Assembly (NCBI GenBank): GCA_027623205.1
Contig: JAQBYC010000002.1
Location: 7,657 to 71,656 of the forward strand
Source: Pseudomonadota bacterium
GTDB taxonomy: Bacteria > Pseudomonadota > Alphaproteobacteria > GCA-2731375
Direction of reading: 5' to 3'
Length of the DNA stretch: 64,000 nucleotides
A program made the translations under genes and the position numbers. Positions 10,983 to 25,138 of the stretch are shown piece after piece; position 1 is the first letter of the stretch, and every line of letters starts with the position of its first letter. Below the pieces are notes generated by a model that was not told where the DNA came from, searched no databases, and saw only the letters and a program-made list of their open reading frames with translations.

Positions 10983-11909
10983 TCAGGCCCCCGACTCGCG
11001 CTTGGGCAGCTTGTCCGGGATCAATTCGCCCACGGCGGTCAGATAAGCGGTGGCGCAGGCCTTTGCCAATTCCCGCACCCGGCCAATATAGGCGGCCCTT
11101 TCGGTCACCGAGATCACCCCGCGGGCGTCCAGCAGATTGAACAGATGCGAGGCTTTTATGCACTGGTCATACGCGGGCAGGGGCAACCCAGCGGCGACCA
11201 GGGCAAGGCATTCCATCTCCGCATCGGCAAAATGGCGAAACAGCATGTCTGTATTGGCATGATTGAAGTTATAGGCCGAGAATTGCTGCTCCGCCGCCAG
11301 ATAGACATCGGCGTAGGATTTCGAACGCGCGTTGCCCGGCTCGTTCCAGGCCAGCTGCTGGAAGTGATCAACGCCCTGCACGTACATGGCCAGACGCTCC
11401 AGGCCATAGGTCAACTCACCGGAAACCGGGTCACAATCATAACCGCCGACCTGTTGGAAATAGGTGAACTGGCTAACCTCCATGCCGTCGCACCAGACCT
11501 CCCAGCCCAGGCCCCAGGCGCCCAGGGTCGGGCTTTCCCAATCATCTTCGACAAAACGAATGTCATGGATGGAGGCATCCAAACCAATCGCCGCCAGACT
11601 GCCGAGATAGAGATCCTGCAAATCGGAAGGTGATGGCTTCATGATCACCTGGAACTGGTAATAATGCTGCAAGCGGTTGGGGTTCTCGCCAAAGCGGCCA
11701 TCGGTCGGCCGGCGCGAAGGTTGTACATACGCGGCATTCCAGCTTTCGCTGCCCAGAGCGCGCAGCGTGGTGGCCCAATGGAAAGTGCCGGCGCCAACTT
11801 CCATATCATAGGGCTGCAGAATGACGCAGCCCTGCTCAGACCAGAAATGCTGCAGAGCGAGGATCAGACCTTGAAAGGTCTTGGGGTTAAAGTTCGGCGT
11901 GCCGGTCAT
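10983..11909 (-). CDS. glyQ: Glycine--tRNA ligase alpha subunit
   Basis: 308 aa. Highly conserved GlyQ sequence ([26 protein letters not shown]-like). Confidence 0.9.
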   Translation of the reverse strand: MTGTPNFNPKTFQGLILALQHFWSEQGCVILQPYDMEVGAGTFHWATTLRALGSESWNAAYVQPSRRPTDGRFGENPNRLQHYYQFQVIMKPSPSDLQDLYLGSLAAIGLDASIHDIRFVEDDWESPTLGAWGLGWEVWCDGMEVSQFTYFQQVGGYDCDPVSGELTYGLERLAMYVQGVDHFQQLAWNEPGNARSKSYADVYLAAEQQFSAYNFNHANTDMLFRHFADAEMECLALVAAGLPLPAYDQCIKASHLFNLLDARGVISVTERAAYIGRVRELAKACATAYLTAVGELIPDKLPKRESGA

Positions 11910-12024
11910 TGCGCAGGCTAGTCCGTGGAATCGTGGGTGCGGCTTGGTTTGCGGGCATGGGTTAACAGGTTCCCGTTCGGCGCAACCTAGTCGCCGCCCC
12001 GCGCATTGGCAATGCCTTCTAAAA

Positions 12025-12243
12025 TCAAACTGAGTAGGGGCAATCGGCGCGTTCGCAGCCAGGTGTATCGACCGCCACGAAATTGCCGCAGACCGCGCAT
12101 TGGCTCAGGTCCAGCGCCTCAATTTTCGTTGCGTCCGCGCTGGCTTCACCCGATTTCGTGGCCCGGCCGCGTAAGGTCTTGGAGACCACAATCACCAAGG
12201 CGGCCACGGCCAGGAACAGCAAAATTTTCGACAAACTAAGCAT
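12025..12243 (-). CDS. Small membrane protein with a C-terminal Cys4 zinc-ribbon-like motif (hypothetical)
   Basis: Internal ATG gives 72 aa. One TM helix ([14 protein letters not shown]), then CAVCG...C....CPY. Sits in a 437-bp gap the larger ORFs leave unexplained. Confidence 0.4.
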   Translation of the reverse strand: MLSLSKILLFLAVAALVIVVSKTLRGRATKSGEASADATKIEALDLSQCAVCGNFVAVDTPGCERADCPYSV

Positions 12244-12310
12244 GGTGGCGCAGCTTACGGAATGAACTGGCGGCGTCAAGACAAAGGATTGATCGCCTGG
12301 CGCCTGGAAC

Positions 12311-12408
12311 ACATTTGATCCAAATGGGCTCGGACTCTTTAAGCATAAAGCAATTGAACCAATTACCTAAGACGCGAGAGCGACTCCGATTAGTTGAAAA
12401 TTGCTCTT
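12311..12408 (-). repeat. Intergenic repeat family copy F, full length, - orientation
   Basis: The reverse complement reads gcaagagcaattttcaactaatcggagtcgctctcgcgtcttaggtaattggttcaattgctttatgcttaaagagtccgagcccatttggatcaaatg, colinear with copy D. Confidence 0.65.
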
Positions 12409-12445
12409 GCGGCATGCTTGATGACGTAAATGACGGTCCTGCCAT

Positions 12446-14050
12446 TCAACGCCCGTCCTGAAGGATCATTTCCGCCGCTTTTTCCGCGATCATCACGACC
12501 GGGGAATTGGTGTTGCCAGAGGTGATGGTCGGCATGATGGAGGCATCAACAACCCGCAGGCCCGCGATGCCGTGCACGGCAAGCCGGTCATCGACCACCG
12601 CCTGGCTATCATGGCCCATGCGACAAGTACTGACGGGGTGGAAGATGGTGGTGGCCAAGTCCCCCGCGGTCTTGACAAGCTCGTCTTCGTCATCGCCGAC
12701 GGTTGGTCCTGGGCGAAACTCTTCCGGTTGGTAGGGGGCCAGGGCATCGGCGGCGCAAATTCTGCGAGTCAGACGGATCGCATCCGCAGCGACCGTGCGG
12801 TCGGCATCGACGGAGAGGTAGTTCGGTCGAATGTGGGGTTGGCGCTGGGGATCAGAGCTGGCGATATGGATGCTACCGCGGCTTTCCGGGCGCAAATTGC
12901 AAACCGAGGCAGTAAAGGCCTCGAAGGGATGCAGGGCCTCGCCCAGCTTGTCCGTACTCAAGGGTTGGACGTGATATTGCAGATTTGCGGTTTCCTTACC
13001 GGCGTCGCTTTTGGCGAAGGCGCCAAGCTGGCTCGGTGACATGGTCAGCGGGCCGGTGCGGAACAACGCATATTCCAGGCCCATGGCGGCACGCCCCAGC
13101 AAGCTGTTGGCGCGCAGGTTCAGGGTCCGGGTGTTTGAAACCTTGTAGACCAGGCGAATTTGCAAATGATCCTGCAAATTCTCTCCCACGCCTGGCAATT
13201 CGTGCCGCACCGGAATGCCGTGTTGTCGCAGCAATTGGCCCTGCCCTATCCCGGAAAGCTCCAACAACTGCGGCGAGGCGACGGCGCCGCCCGAAAGGAT
13301 AACGGCGCCCCGCGCCCGGGCCCCGGCCGGCGCGCCGTCGTAAATATATTCCAGCCCCGTGGCGCGGCCGTCTTCTATGACGATCCGCGTCGCCTGAGCA
13401 TGGGTCAGAACCTTCAGGTTTGACCGCTGCATGACTGGTTTCAAAAATGCCTTGGCCGCGCTCCATCGCACGCCGCGCCTTTGGTTGACCTGAAAATAGC
13501 CGCAGCCCTCGTTGTCGCCGCGATTGAAATCATCGGTTTTGGGAATGCCGACCTCGGCCGCCGCCTCGCGAAAGGCCGCCAGTATTTCCCAGGACAGCCG
13601 TTGCTCCTCCACCCGCCACTCGCCATCCGTCCCATGCATATCATCGGCGCCGGCGTAATAATCCTCGGTTTTGCGGAAATACGGCAGCACATCGTCCCAT
13701 GACCAGCCCGCATTACCCATCTGGCCCCATTGGTCATAGTCACGAGCCTGGCCACGCATATAGATCATGCCATTGATGGATGAACAGCCACCCAGGACCT
13801 TGCCGCGCGCATAGTCGATGGCGCGACCGTTCAGGCCCGCTTCGGCCTCCGTCTTGAAGCACCAGTCGGTGCGCGGATTGCCGAGGGTATAGAGGTAGCC
13901 GACGGGAATATGGATCCAGTGGTAGTTATCCTTGCCTCCCGCTTCCAACAGCAGCACCGAGTTTTTGGGATCGGCCGTAAGGCGGTTGGCCAATACGCAG
14001 CCGGCGGTGCCAGCGCCGACGATGATGTAATCGAAGCTGTCGATGGTCAT
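12446..14050 (-). CDS. GMC family FAD oxidoreductase (choline/alcohol dehydrogenase-like)
   Basis: N-terminal FAD fold DYIIVGAGTAGCVLANRL. GMC signature regions. 534 aa. Confidence 0.8.
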   Translation of the reverse strand: MTIDSFDYIIVGAGTAGCVLANRLTADPKNSVLLLEAGGKDNYHWIHIPVGYLYTLGNPRTDWCFKTEAEAGLNGRAIDYARGKVLGGCSSINGMIYMRGQARDYDQWGQMGNAGWSWDDVLPYFRKTEDYYAGADDMHGTDGEWRVEEQRLSWEILAAFREAAAEVGIPKTDDFNRGDNEGCGYFQVNQRRGVRWSAAKAFLKPVMQRSNLKVLTHAQATRIVIEDGRATGLEYIYDGAPAGARARGAVILSGGAVASPQLLELSGIGQGQLLRQHGIPVRHELPGVGENLQDHLQIRLVYKVSNTRTLNLRANSLLGRAAMGLEYALFRTGPLTMSPSQLGAFAKSDAGKETANLQYHVQPLSTDKLGEALHPFEAFTASVCNLRPESRGSIHIASSDPQRQPHIRPNYLSVDADRTVAADAIRLTRRICAADALAPYQPEEFRPGPTVGDDEDELVKTAGDLATTIFHPVSTCRMGHDSQAVVDDRLAVHGIAGLRVVDASIMPTITSGNTNSPVVMIAEKAAEMILQDGR

Positions 14051-14155
14051 GTTTCGCCTCTATCTCCTGTCCCTATCAGCCGTATTGCCCGACCGGAGCC
14101 AGACCAGAATAGACGGCAAGTGGGCGCCGCCACAACACGGCAACGCATTGTAAAG

Positions 14156-18632
<4,477 letters not shown>

Positions 18633-19796
18633 CTATCCGTCCACCATGGCCCGGCCGCTATCCACCGCTACGAATTGCGCCTGCCCGAATAAAGGCGCGA
18701 ACAGATCACGGTCGGTACCACTCAGCCAAGCCTGGCCCCCCAGGGCCAGAATTTCCTCAAACAACGCGGCGCGCCGTTCACCATCCAGATGCGCGGTGAT
18801 TTCATCCAGCAACAAGATCGGCGCCGCACCGCGGCGGTCCGCTTCCGCCTTGGCATTCGCCAGCATCACGGCGATCAACAGGGCTTTTTGTTCACCCGTC
18901 GAACATTGCGCCGCCGGCATATCCTTCCCCAGGTGACGCACCGCCAAATCCGACCGATGTGGTCCGACGCTGGTGCTGCCCCTCCGGGCATCGCGCTGGC
19001 GGCTGCGCTGCAACAATTCGGCGAATCGGCTTTCCACTTCAACCGCCGGGTGATCTTCCAGCCAGCCTTCGATCTGACCTTCGATTGCCAGACCGGGCCT
19101 GGGAAAATACCCCGACGTTGCCGACAACAACCGCTGCAGCCGCGCCACGGCCTCGCGCCGGGCCGCTGCCACGGCAACGCCATCCGCCGCCATTCGAGCC
19201 TCCAAAGCGGCAAGCCACGTTGGGTCGCCGGCGGCACTGCGCAACAACGTAGCTCGCTCCCGCAAACTGCGTTCATAGGCACCGACCCGGCGGCCATGCT
19301 CGGGGTCAAGGCCCAGTACCAGCCGATCAAGAAAGCGCCGCCGGGACGATGGCCCCTCCAAAAACAGCCGGTCCATTTGCGGCGTCAGCCATTGCACACC
19401 GATCACCTGGGCCAAGCTGGCCGGGGCCATCGCCTGGCCATCCCGCCGGGCCACCCGCCGCGCCGCGCCGCGCTCGGTGGTCGCCAGGCTGCTGCCTAAT
19501 CTGATCAACCCGCCGGGGCCCTGGACAGTCGCCGCCACGGCCCAGCCTTCACCACCAGTGACCGCTTCGTCGGCATCTGAAGCGCTCTTTCGCAACACCT
19601 CCCCCAAACGGGCCCGGCGCAGGCCGCGGCCGGGCGAAAGAAACGACAACGCCTCCAACAAATTCGTCTTTCCGGCGCCATTGGCGCCGCTCAACACCAC
19701 GACCTGGGCCGACAAATCGAGAGCCAAGCTGCCGTAATTGCGGAAGTTGCTCAACCGCAAGCGCCGCACGGCACATGCGGACGGTGCTACCCTCAT
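18633..19796 (-). CDS. recF: DNA replication and repair protein RecF
   Basis: The RLRLSNFRNY N-terminus and Walker A GANGAGKTNLLEA. The internal start at 19796 fits the canonical length. The track ORF extends to 19943. Confidence 0.8.
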   Translation of the reverse strand: MRVAPSACAVRRLRLSNFRNYGSLALDLSAQVVVLSGANGAGKTNLLEALSFLSPGRGLRRARLGEVLRKSASDADEAVTGGEGWAVAATVQGPGGLIRLGSSLATTERGAARRVARRDGQAMAPASLAQVIGVQWLTPQMDRLFLEGPSSRRRFLDRLVLGLDPEHGRRVGAYERSLRERATLLRSAAGDPTWLAALEARMAADGVAVAAARREAVARLQRLLSATSGYFPRPGLAIEGQIEGWLEDHPAVEVESRFAELLQRSRQRDARRGSTSVGPHRSDLAVRHLGKDMPAAQCSTGEQKALLIAVMLANAKAEADRRGAAPILLLDEITAHLDGERRAALFEEILALGGQAWLSGTDRDLFAPLFGQAQFVAVDSGRAMVDG

Positions 19797-19939
19797 TACT
19801 GTTTCGGACGCCGTTGCCGCGAGCGACGCTGCCATTGACGCCGGTTCGTACGATGTAGCCGCGCTCATGCCATGTCCGCCCAGGGCCTTTATCCCCGAAC
19901 CGGATTTCATGTCATCGTGCACGGCCAGCAATAGCCCTC

Positions 19940-21055
19940 TCAAACCCGCATTGGCATCAGAACGTACAGCGCGCCCGGATCGGCGGCATCCCTTACGATG
20001 GTCGGTGAGGCGCCATCGGATAAATCAAAGCAGGCGTTTTCACCATCAATCTGACCCGTGATATCCAATAGATAGCGCGCGTTGAAACCAATTTCCAATA
20101 CGCCCTCGCCATTGAAATTGACCGGCACTTCGTCGGTTCCGCTGCCCTGTTCGGGACTGTTGGCGGATAGCACCACGGTACTGCCATTTACGGTCAGCTT
20201 CACCGCCCGCGATTTCTCTGAACTGATGGTCGCCACCCGATCAACGGCGGCGGCGAAGCTTTTACAATCAACCTCCATAAGCTTGTCATTTCCAGAAGGG
20301 ATCACCCTTTGGTAATCCGGGAACGTACCATCGATCAGTTTCGAGGTCAGAACGATATCGCCAAGGGAAAAGCGGATCTTGCTGTCGCTCAAGGCAATCT
20401 CGATCACGCCTTCGCCATCTTCGATCAGCTTATGCACTTCAAGAGCGGCTTTGCGCGGCATGATCACGCCGGGCATGCCACCGGCGCCTTCGGGCAGGGA
20501 AATTTCGATATGGGCCAAGCGGTGACCGTCGGTGGCCACGCCACGTAGCACCGGCGCATCCTCGGGCGCATGCAGATAGATGCCGTTCAGGTAATAGCGG
20601 GTCTCTTCGGTCGAAATGGCAAAGCGGGTCTTTTCGATCAGCCGGCGCAAATCAGCCGCCGGTAGGACAAAGTGATAGGGCAGATCGCCATCGGCCATGA
20701 CTGGAAAATCTTCCCGCGGCAGGCAGGACAGGGCGAATTTCGATCGTGCCGCCCGCACCACCAAACGGCCAGCTTCGGCCCCGTAGTCCAATTCAATCTG
20801 GGCTCCGTCGGGCAGCTTACGCACGATATCATGGAGAACATGCGCGGGCGCTGTAGTGCCGCCGGGCCGCCGTACCTCGCATGCCACGGTTTCCACAATG
20901 GCCAGATCCAAATCGGTTGCGGTCAGGCTCAATCCGGCTTCATTCGCGACCAATTGCACGTTGGACAAAATAGGGATCGTGTTACGCCGTTCAACGACAT
21001 TTTGGACATGCCCTAGAGCGCGCAAAAAGGCCGATCGTTCAATAGTCAGCTGCAT
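19940..21055 (-). CDS. dnaN: DNA polymerase III beta sliding clamp
   Basis: 371 aa. MQLTIERSAFLRAL...NVQLVA N-terminus and three-domain length. dnaN-recF-gyrB order. Confidence 0.9.
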   Translation of the reverse strand: MQLTIERSAFLRALGHVQNVVERRNTIPILSNVQLVANEAGLSLTATDLDLAIVETVACEVRRPGGTTAPAHVLHDIVRKLPDGAQIELDYGAEAGRLVVRAARSKFALSCLPREDFPVMADGDLPYHFVLPAADLRRLIEKTRFAISTEETRYYLNGIYLHAPEDAPVLRGVATDGHRLAHIEISLPEGAGGMPGVIMPRKAALEVHKLIEDGEGVIEIALSDSKIRFSLGDIVLTSKLIDGTFPDYQRVIPSGNDKLMEVDCKSFAAAVDRVATISSEKSRAVKLTVNGSTVVLSANSPEQGSGTDEVPVNFNGEGVLEIGFNARYLLDITGQIDGENACFDLSDGASPTIVRDAADPGALYVLMPMRV

Positions 21056-21238
21056 GATTTCTTCGCTTTAAAAATTTGGTCGCGTGGACAAACGTCGCAT
21101 CCCGCCACGGCAGAGGCGCAAAAGAATCGCTTCCTGCCTTGTCGGGGCGGAAGCATAACAGAAAGCCCTAAAAATCGCACCTCTTTTGCGCGAGAAATGG
21201 CGCCCAATGAAGCTGAAATCAGGGGTCTGCAGCTGCTT

Positions 21239-22144
21239 TTACAGAAGCTTTTTCAAGGCCGCTGCAATCGCCCGCTGTTGCCGGCCGCTGGCCGCGGGCA
21301 TCGGCGCCCGGGGATGACCGCCCGGCACACCCTGTTCAGACAAGGCGAACTTCACCGTGGCCGGCAAATTGTCGTCGATCATGGCATTCCACAGAACCAG
21401 CAGCTTCTCGTGCAAACGCCGGGCCGCATCATGCTCGCCGGCCTGGACCAGATCCCAAAGTCGCACCTGGGCCGCCGGCGCCGCCGTCAGGATGGCAGCT
21501 ACGGCACCGTGGGCACCCAGGGCAAACGAGGGATACATCAAGGCATCCACGGCCGATAGAATCCGCGCCGTGCGGGGCGCGCCGAGCAGAAGATCGGCCA
21601 ATAATTTCATGTCGCCGGCGCTTTGCTTGACTCCGACCACCTGGGGAACTTCCTTCATGATGCGGATCAGAAGGGCCGGCGACAAATAACTCCACGGCAC
21701 CACGTTGTAAATCAGAATGGGCGTTTTCGTCGCCCGGCCGACTGTCCGAAAATGTTCCAACATATGGTTGTCGTCAGGCCGGAACAGGTAATGTACGGGG
21801 GTGATTTGCAAGGCCGCAGGTCCCAGATCCGCCACCGCTTCGGCCCGCTCGACGGCTTGCCGTGTCGAATCGACGATGATACCGGCGACCACAGGCACCC
21901 TGCCCTTGACCTCGGCGAGAGCGATGCGGACCAGCCGTGTTGCCTCCTCGCCCGACAACGTGTGTCCCTCGCCGGTGCTGCCACCAACCGCCAACCCGTG
22001 CACGCCGGCATTTATCAGGAAATGCACCTGTTTGCGGAAAGCGGCTTCATCGACCTCGCCCTTGCGGGAAAAAGGCGTGGTCATGGGCGCAATGATACCG
22101 TGCAGATCCCTTGCACCAAAACGCACCTTCTTCTTGATAGCCAT
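21239..22144 (-). CDS. DapA-family (4-hydroxy-tetrahydrodipicolinate synthase-like) pyruvate-dependent lyase
   Basis: PMTTPF and GLAVGGSTGEGHTLS motifs of the DHDPS/NAL family. 301 aa. Paralog of unknown substrate. Confidence 0.75.
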   Translation of the reverse strand: MAIKKKVRFGARDLHGIIAPMTTPFSRKGEVDEAAFRKQVHFLINAGVHGLAVGGSTGEGHTLSGEEATRLVRIALAEVKGRVPVVAGIIVDSTRQAVERAEAVADLGPAALQITPVHYLFRPDDNHMLEHFRTVGRATKTPILIYNVVPWSYLSPALLIRIMKEVPQVVGVKQSAGDMKLLADLLLGAPRTARILSAVDALMYPSFALGAHGAVAAILTAAPAAQVRLWDLVQAGEHDAARRLHEKLLVLWNAMIDDNLPATVKFALSEQGVPGGHPRAPMPAASGRQQRAIAAALKKLL

Positions 22145-22179
22145 TGCTGTTCTCCGCCTTTACCACAGTCGACTCAAAT

Positions 22180-22638
22180 TCAGGAGCTCTTGCCATGGTC
22201 CATCATGAAATGGGCCGAGGCGCTGGCGATTAGTTTATCCCGATCCTGCTGCCAGGCGTAGGCCCGGACATTGGCGACGCGCCGTCCCTGTTTCGTGACG
22301 ATACCGGTTGCATAGCTGTCCATCGCCCGGCCGGGACGCAGGTATTCAATGGTGATGTTGATAATCCTGGGCAATTTTGGCGTCGCCATGGCGCCAATCA
22401 GCGAAATCATCGCCGCGCTTTCCAGGAAGGCCCCGGTGATGCCTCCATGCAAGGCCGGCAGCATGGGATTGCCGATCAACATATCCTGAAAGGGCATGAC
22501 CGTGATCAACTCTTCGCACTGACGGTCGATCCGTAGCCCGAGCCAGCGGAAATAGGGCACCGCTTCCACCAGAGGCTGCAAATCGCCGCTTTGCCGCGCC
22601 GCACTGATCCCTTCGGCAATGCTCATGCCTCCACTCAT
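22180..22638 (-). CDS. Hotdog-fold thioesterase (PaaI/YbgC-like)
   Basis: LHGGITGAFLE motif. 152 aa. 4-bp overlap with the upstream paralog. Confidence 0.65.
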   Translation of the reverse strand: MSGGMSIAEGISAARQSGDLQPLVEAVPYFRWLGLRIDRQCEELITVMPFQDMLIGNPMLPALHGGITGAFLESAAMISLIGAMATPKLPRIINITIEYLRPGRAMDSYATGIVTKQGRRVANVRAYAWQQDRDKLIASASAHFMMDHGKSS

Positions 22639-23159
22639 GTGGATGTCGCCCCGACGGCGTCTGTTCTTTCAGGCCGTGTCAACATGAAGGAACCGGTCGC
22701 ATGGGCGATCGGATCATCGATGTCGCGTTGATAGGCAATGCCCCGGGTAAAGGCGATATTGCGGGTGGTCTTGTAGCAATGGGCGCGGGCAAATATATCC
22801 TGCCTTGGCGCCGCCGGTTTCAAATAGTCGATGCGCAGGTCCAGGGTCGCCACCACCATCACTTCATTCAAGGTCGGGACGATGCACATGCCGCTCAGGC
22901 TATCCAATAATACCGTGACAATGCCGCCATGCACGACGCCGGTGTCGGGATCACCGACGAATTCAGGCCGATGCGGTACCATGCCGACCATGCCATTTTC
23001 GTCTATCGAGACCAGTTCCAGGCCCACCGCCGCCATGTGGGGGATGCCGTTGATCATCAACTGCCGGACATTTTGAAAATCAATTTGCATGATCTTCCAA
23101 CAATGCGTGCTGGACTCCAGCCTGTCAAATACCCAGGCCGGGTTTGTCCGCAGGGGCAC
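22635..23159 (-). CDS. Hotdog-fold thioesterase (PaaI-like), tandem paralog
   Basis: VVHGGIVTVLLDSLSG motif. 174 aa. Confidence 0.65.
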   Translation of the reverse strand: MPLRTNPAWVFDRLESSTHCWKIMQIDFQNVRQLMINGIPHMAAVGLELVSIDENGMVGMVPHRPEFVGDPDTGVVHGGIVTVLLDSLSGMCIVPTLNEVMVVATLDLRIDYLKPAAPRQDIFARAHCYKTTRNIAFTRGIAYQRDIDDPIAHATGSFMLTRPERTDAVGATST

Positions 23160-23207
23160 GATCTTGCCCCCTGGCGGCCCGGGGAAAACGGTCGTATAAG
23201 ATGCACC

Positions 23208-24281
23208 ATGTGGAAGAATACGGCTAGTGATGGCGCCGTCGGATCCCCGGTATTGCTATCGCGGATCCAGGAGGCTTTGCGGGTCGCAGGCCTGATCTGC
23301 GGCCTGATATTGTTGCTTGCTCCCGCTCTCGCCCGGTCCGGAGAGGTCGACTATTTCCGCATTGCCACCGGCTCCACGGACGGTACTTATTTCCCCATTG
23401 GCTCCCTGATCTCCTCCGCTATTTCCAAGCCGCCAGGCTCCCGCGATTGCGCCGATGGCGGCTCGTGCGGCGTGCCGGGACTGATCGCGGTAAGCCAGGC
23501 CACCGAGGGTTCGGTGCGGAATGTCGAATTGATTGCCGCGGGATCGGTCGAGTCCGGTCTTAGCCAGGCTGACGTCGCCTATATGGCGTATTTCGGCCTG
23601 GGCCGTTTCAAGGGCAAGGCGCAATTCGATGGCCTGCGGGTTATCGCCACGCTTTTCCCCGAACTGGTGCAAATCGCGGTCCGCAAGTACAGCGGCATTT
23701 ATAGCCTGGAAGACTTGGCCGGCAAGCGCGTCTCGCTGGGGGCCGAAGGCTCGGGCACGGCACTGGACGCCGAAATCATCATGGCGGCCCATGGCCTGAA
23801 AACGGATGCCTACAAACCGTTGAGTTTTGGCCTTGGCGAATCGGCTGATCGGTTGCGCCTTGGCAAGCTGGATGCATTTTTCATCATCGCCGGCGCACCG
23901 GTGCCGGCCATGGTGGATTTGGCCGAACAGGCCAATATCACCTTGTTGCCGATCAAGGGCGCGGCAGCGGAGCGCCTGCGCAAGGCCTTCGCCTTTTTTG
24001 TTCCGGCGAAGCTGCCCGCAGGGATCTACCGAAACGTGGGGGCTATCGAAACCTTAAGCGTTGGCGCCCAATGGCTGGTGTCGGATCGTCTGGATGAAGT
24101 GCTGGTATATAATCTGACCCGCGCTTTGTGGCATCCCTCGACCCGCCGCGTGCTGGACAATGGCCACCCCGGCGGCCGCCTGATCCAACTGAAAAGCGCC
24201 CTGGATGGCCTGGCCATTCCCTTGCATCTAGGCGCCAGTCGCTATTACCGGGAAGTTGGCGTCCTGCCGCCGGCGCAGTAA
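23208..24281 (+). CDS. TAXI-family TRAP transporter solute-binding protein (orphan)
   Basis: Internal ATG at 23208. Signal peptide, then the IATGSTDGTYFPIG TAXI signature. No DctQM-type permease gene is adjacent. Confidence 0.75.
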   Translation: MWKNTASDGAVGSPVLLSRIQEALRVAGLICGLILLLAPALARSGEVDYFRIATGSTDGTYFPIGSLISSAISKPPGSRDCADGGSCGVPGLIAVSQATEGSVRNVELIAAGSVESGLSQADVAYMAYFGLGRFKGKAQFDGLRVIATLFPELVQIAVRKYSGIYSLEDLAGKRVSLGAEGSGTALDAEIIMAAHGLKTDAYKPLSFGLGESADRLRLGKLDAFFIIAGAPVPAMVDLAEQANITLLPIKGAAAERLRKAFAFFVPAKLPAGIYRNVGAIETLSVGAQWLVSDRLDEVLVYNLTRALWHPSTRRVLDNGHPGGRLIQLKSALDGLAIPLHLGASRYYREVGVLPPAQ

Positions 24282-24303
24282 CGCAGTGCCGTCGCCAGAC
24301 CGG

Positions 24304-24398
24304 TTAGAACGATTTTCAATTAAGTGGAGCCGCTAGTGCAACTTAGGCAATTGGTTCAATTTCTCTATTCTGAGAATTCCGACGGATTTGGCTCAAAT
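24304..24398 (+). repeat. Intergenic repeat family copy B, full length, + orientation
   Basis: ttagaacgattttcaattaagtggagccgctagtgcaacttaggcaattggttcaatttctctattctgagaattccgacggatttggctcaaat. The GST stop codon follows 6 bp later. Confidence 0.65.
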
Positions 24399-24403
24399 AT
24401 GCT

Positions 24404-25042
24404 CTACGCCACGCCTGCATCCGCCATCCAGGCCACCATATTGGGCAGTTGCAACAGCGCCTCCACATAGGCCCGGCAGGTATCATCCAGGGGCACGCTG
24501 TAGTGGTTGAAACGCACGGCCACGGGGGCAAACATGGCATCGGCGGCAGAGAATGGACCGAACAGGAAATCGCCCCGATTTTGGCAACTGCCCTGATGGA
24601 CCTGCCGTGCCTCACGCCAAATGTCTGTCATACGCTTCACGTCCGCCTTGGCCGCCATTGAAAGAGATGGCATGGGCACCCGCGCTTGACAGTTGAAGGA
24701 CAGTTCGTCCCGCAGGCTGGTAAATCCCGCATGCATCTCCGCCGCCAGGACGCGAGCACGGGCCCGCAGTGCCGCATCCCGCGGCCAAATCAGCAAGTCG
24801 GGATGATTTTCGGCAACGAATTCGATGATGGCGAGGCTCTCCCATATGGTCTGGTCCCGCGTCTGCAGGATTGGCACCCGGCCGCCCGGCGAATACGCCA
24901 AAATTTTATCCCGGGTGTCAGGTTGATCCAGATCCACCGTCACCAGCTCGAACGGCAGCTCAAATTGACGCAGTAGCAGCCAGACGCGCAAGGACCATGA
25001 TGACAGGTTCCTGTCGCCAATGATCAAACGATACGTCGGCAT
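24404..25042 (-). CDS. Glutathione S-transferase family protein
   Basis: Start at internal ATG (MPTYRLIIGDRNLSSWSLR), 212 aa. Thioredoxin-like N-domain plus helical C-domain. Confidence 0.8.
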   Translation of the reverse strand: MPTYRLIIGDRNLSSWSLRVWLLLRQFELPFELVTVDLDQPDTRDKILAYSPGGRVPILQTRDQTIWESLAIIEFVAENHPDLLIWPRDAALRARARVLAAEMHAGFTSLRDELSFNCQARVPMPSLSMAAKADVKRMTDIWREARQVHQGSCQNRGDFLFGPFSAADAMFAPVAVRFNHYSVPLDDTCRAYVEALLQLPNMVAWMADAGVA

Positions 25043-25138
25043 CCCGGCGCGCTGGCTCTTGTTGTAAAGAGGCGAGAATAAAGCCATAGCTGAAATTCAC
25101 CAATCCGGCCATACTTGGCGTGATTTGCCGTCGTGTAA

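Noticed and set aside
8028-11633. Long + strand ORFs (271, 334, 387 aa) antisense to ppdK, glyS and glyQ.
   Set aside because: They overlap strongly conserved housekeeping genes on the opposite strand, and their translations are low-complexity. Artefacts of high GC.
21056-21238. The dnaN upstream region examined for dnaA or DnaA boxes, and for a terminator of the DapA-like gene.
   Set aside because: No dnaA gene here (separated, as in many alphaproteobacteria). No clear TTATCCACA-like boxes. No stem-loop plus U-tract.
24350-24362. GGTTCAATT in the repeats resembling a tRNA T-arm; the repeats as tRNA fragments.
   Set aside because: No acceptor stem, anticodon arm or CCA context. The similarity is limited to a 9-mer.
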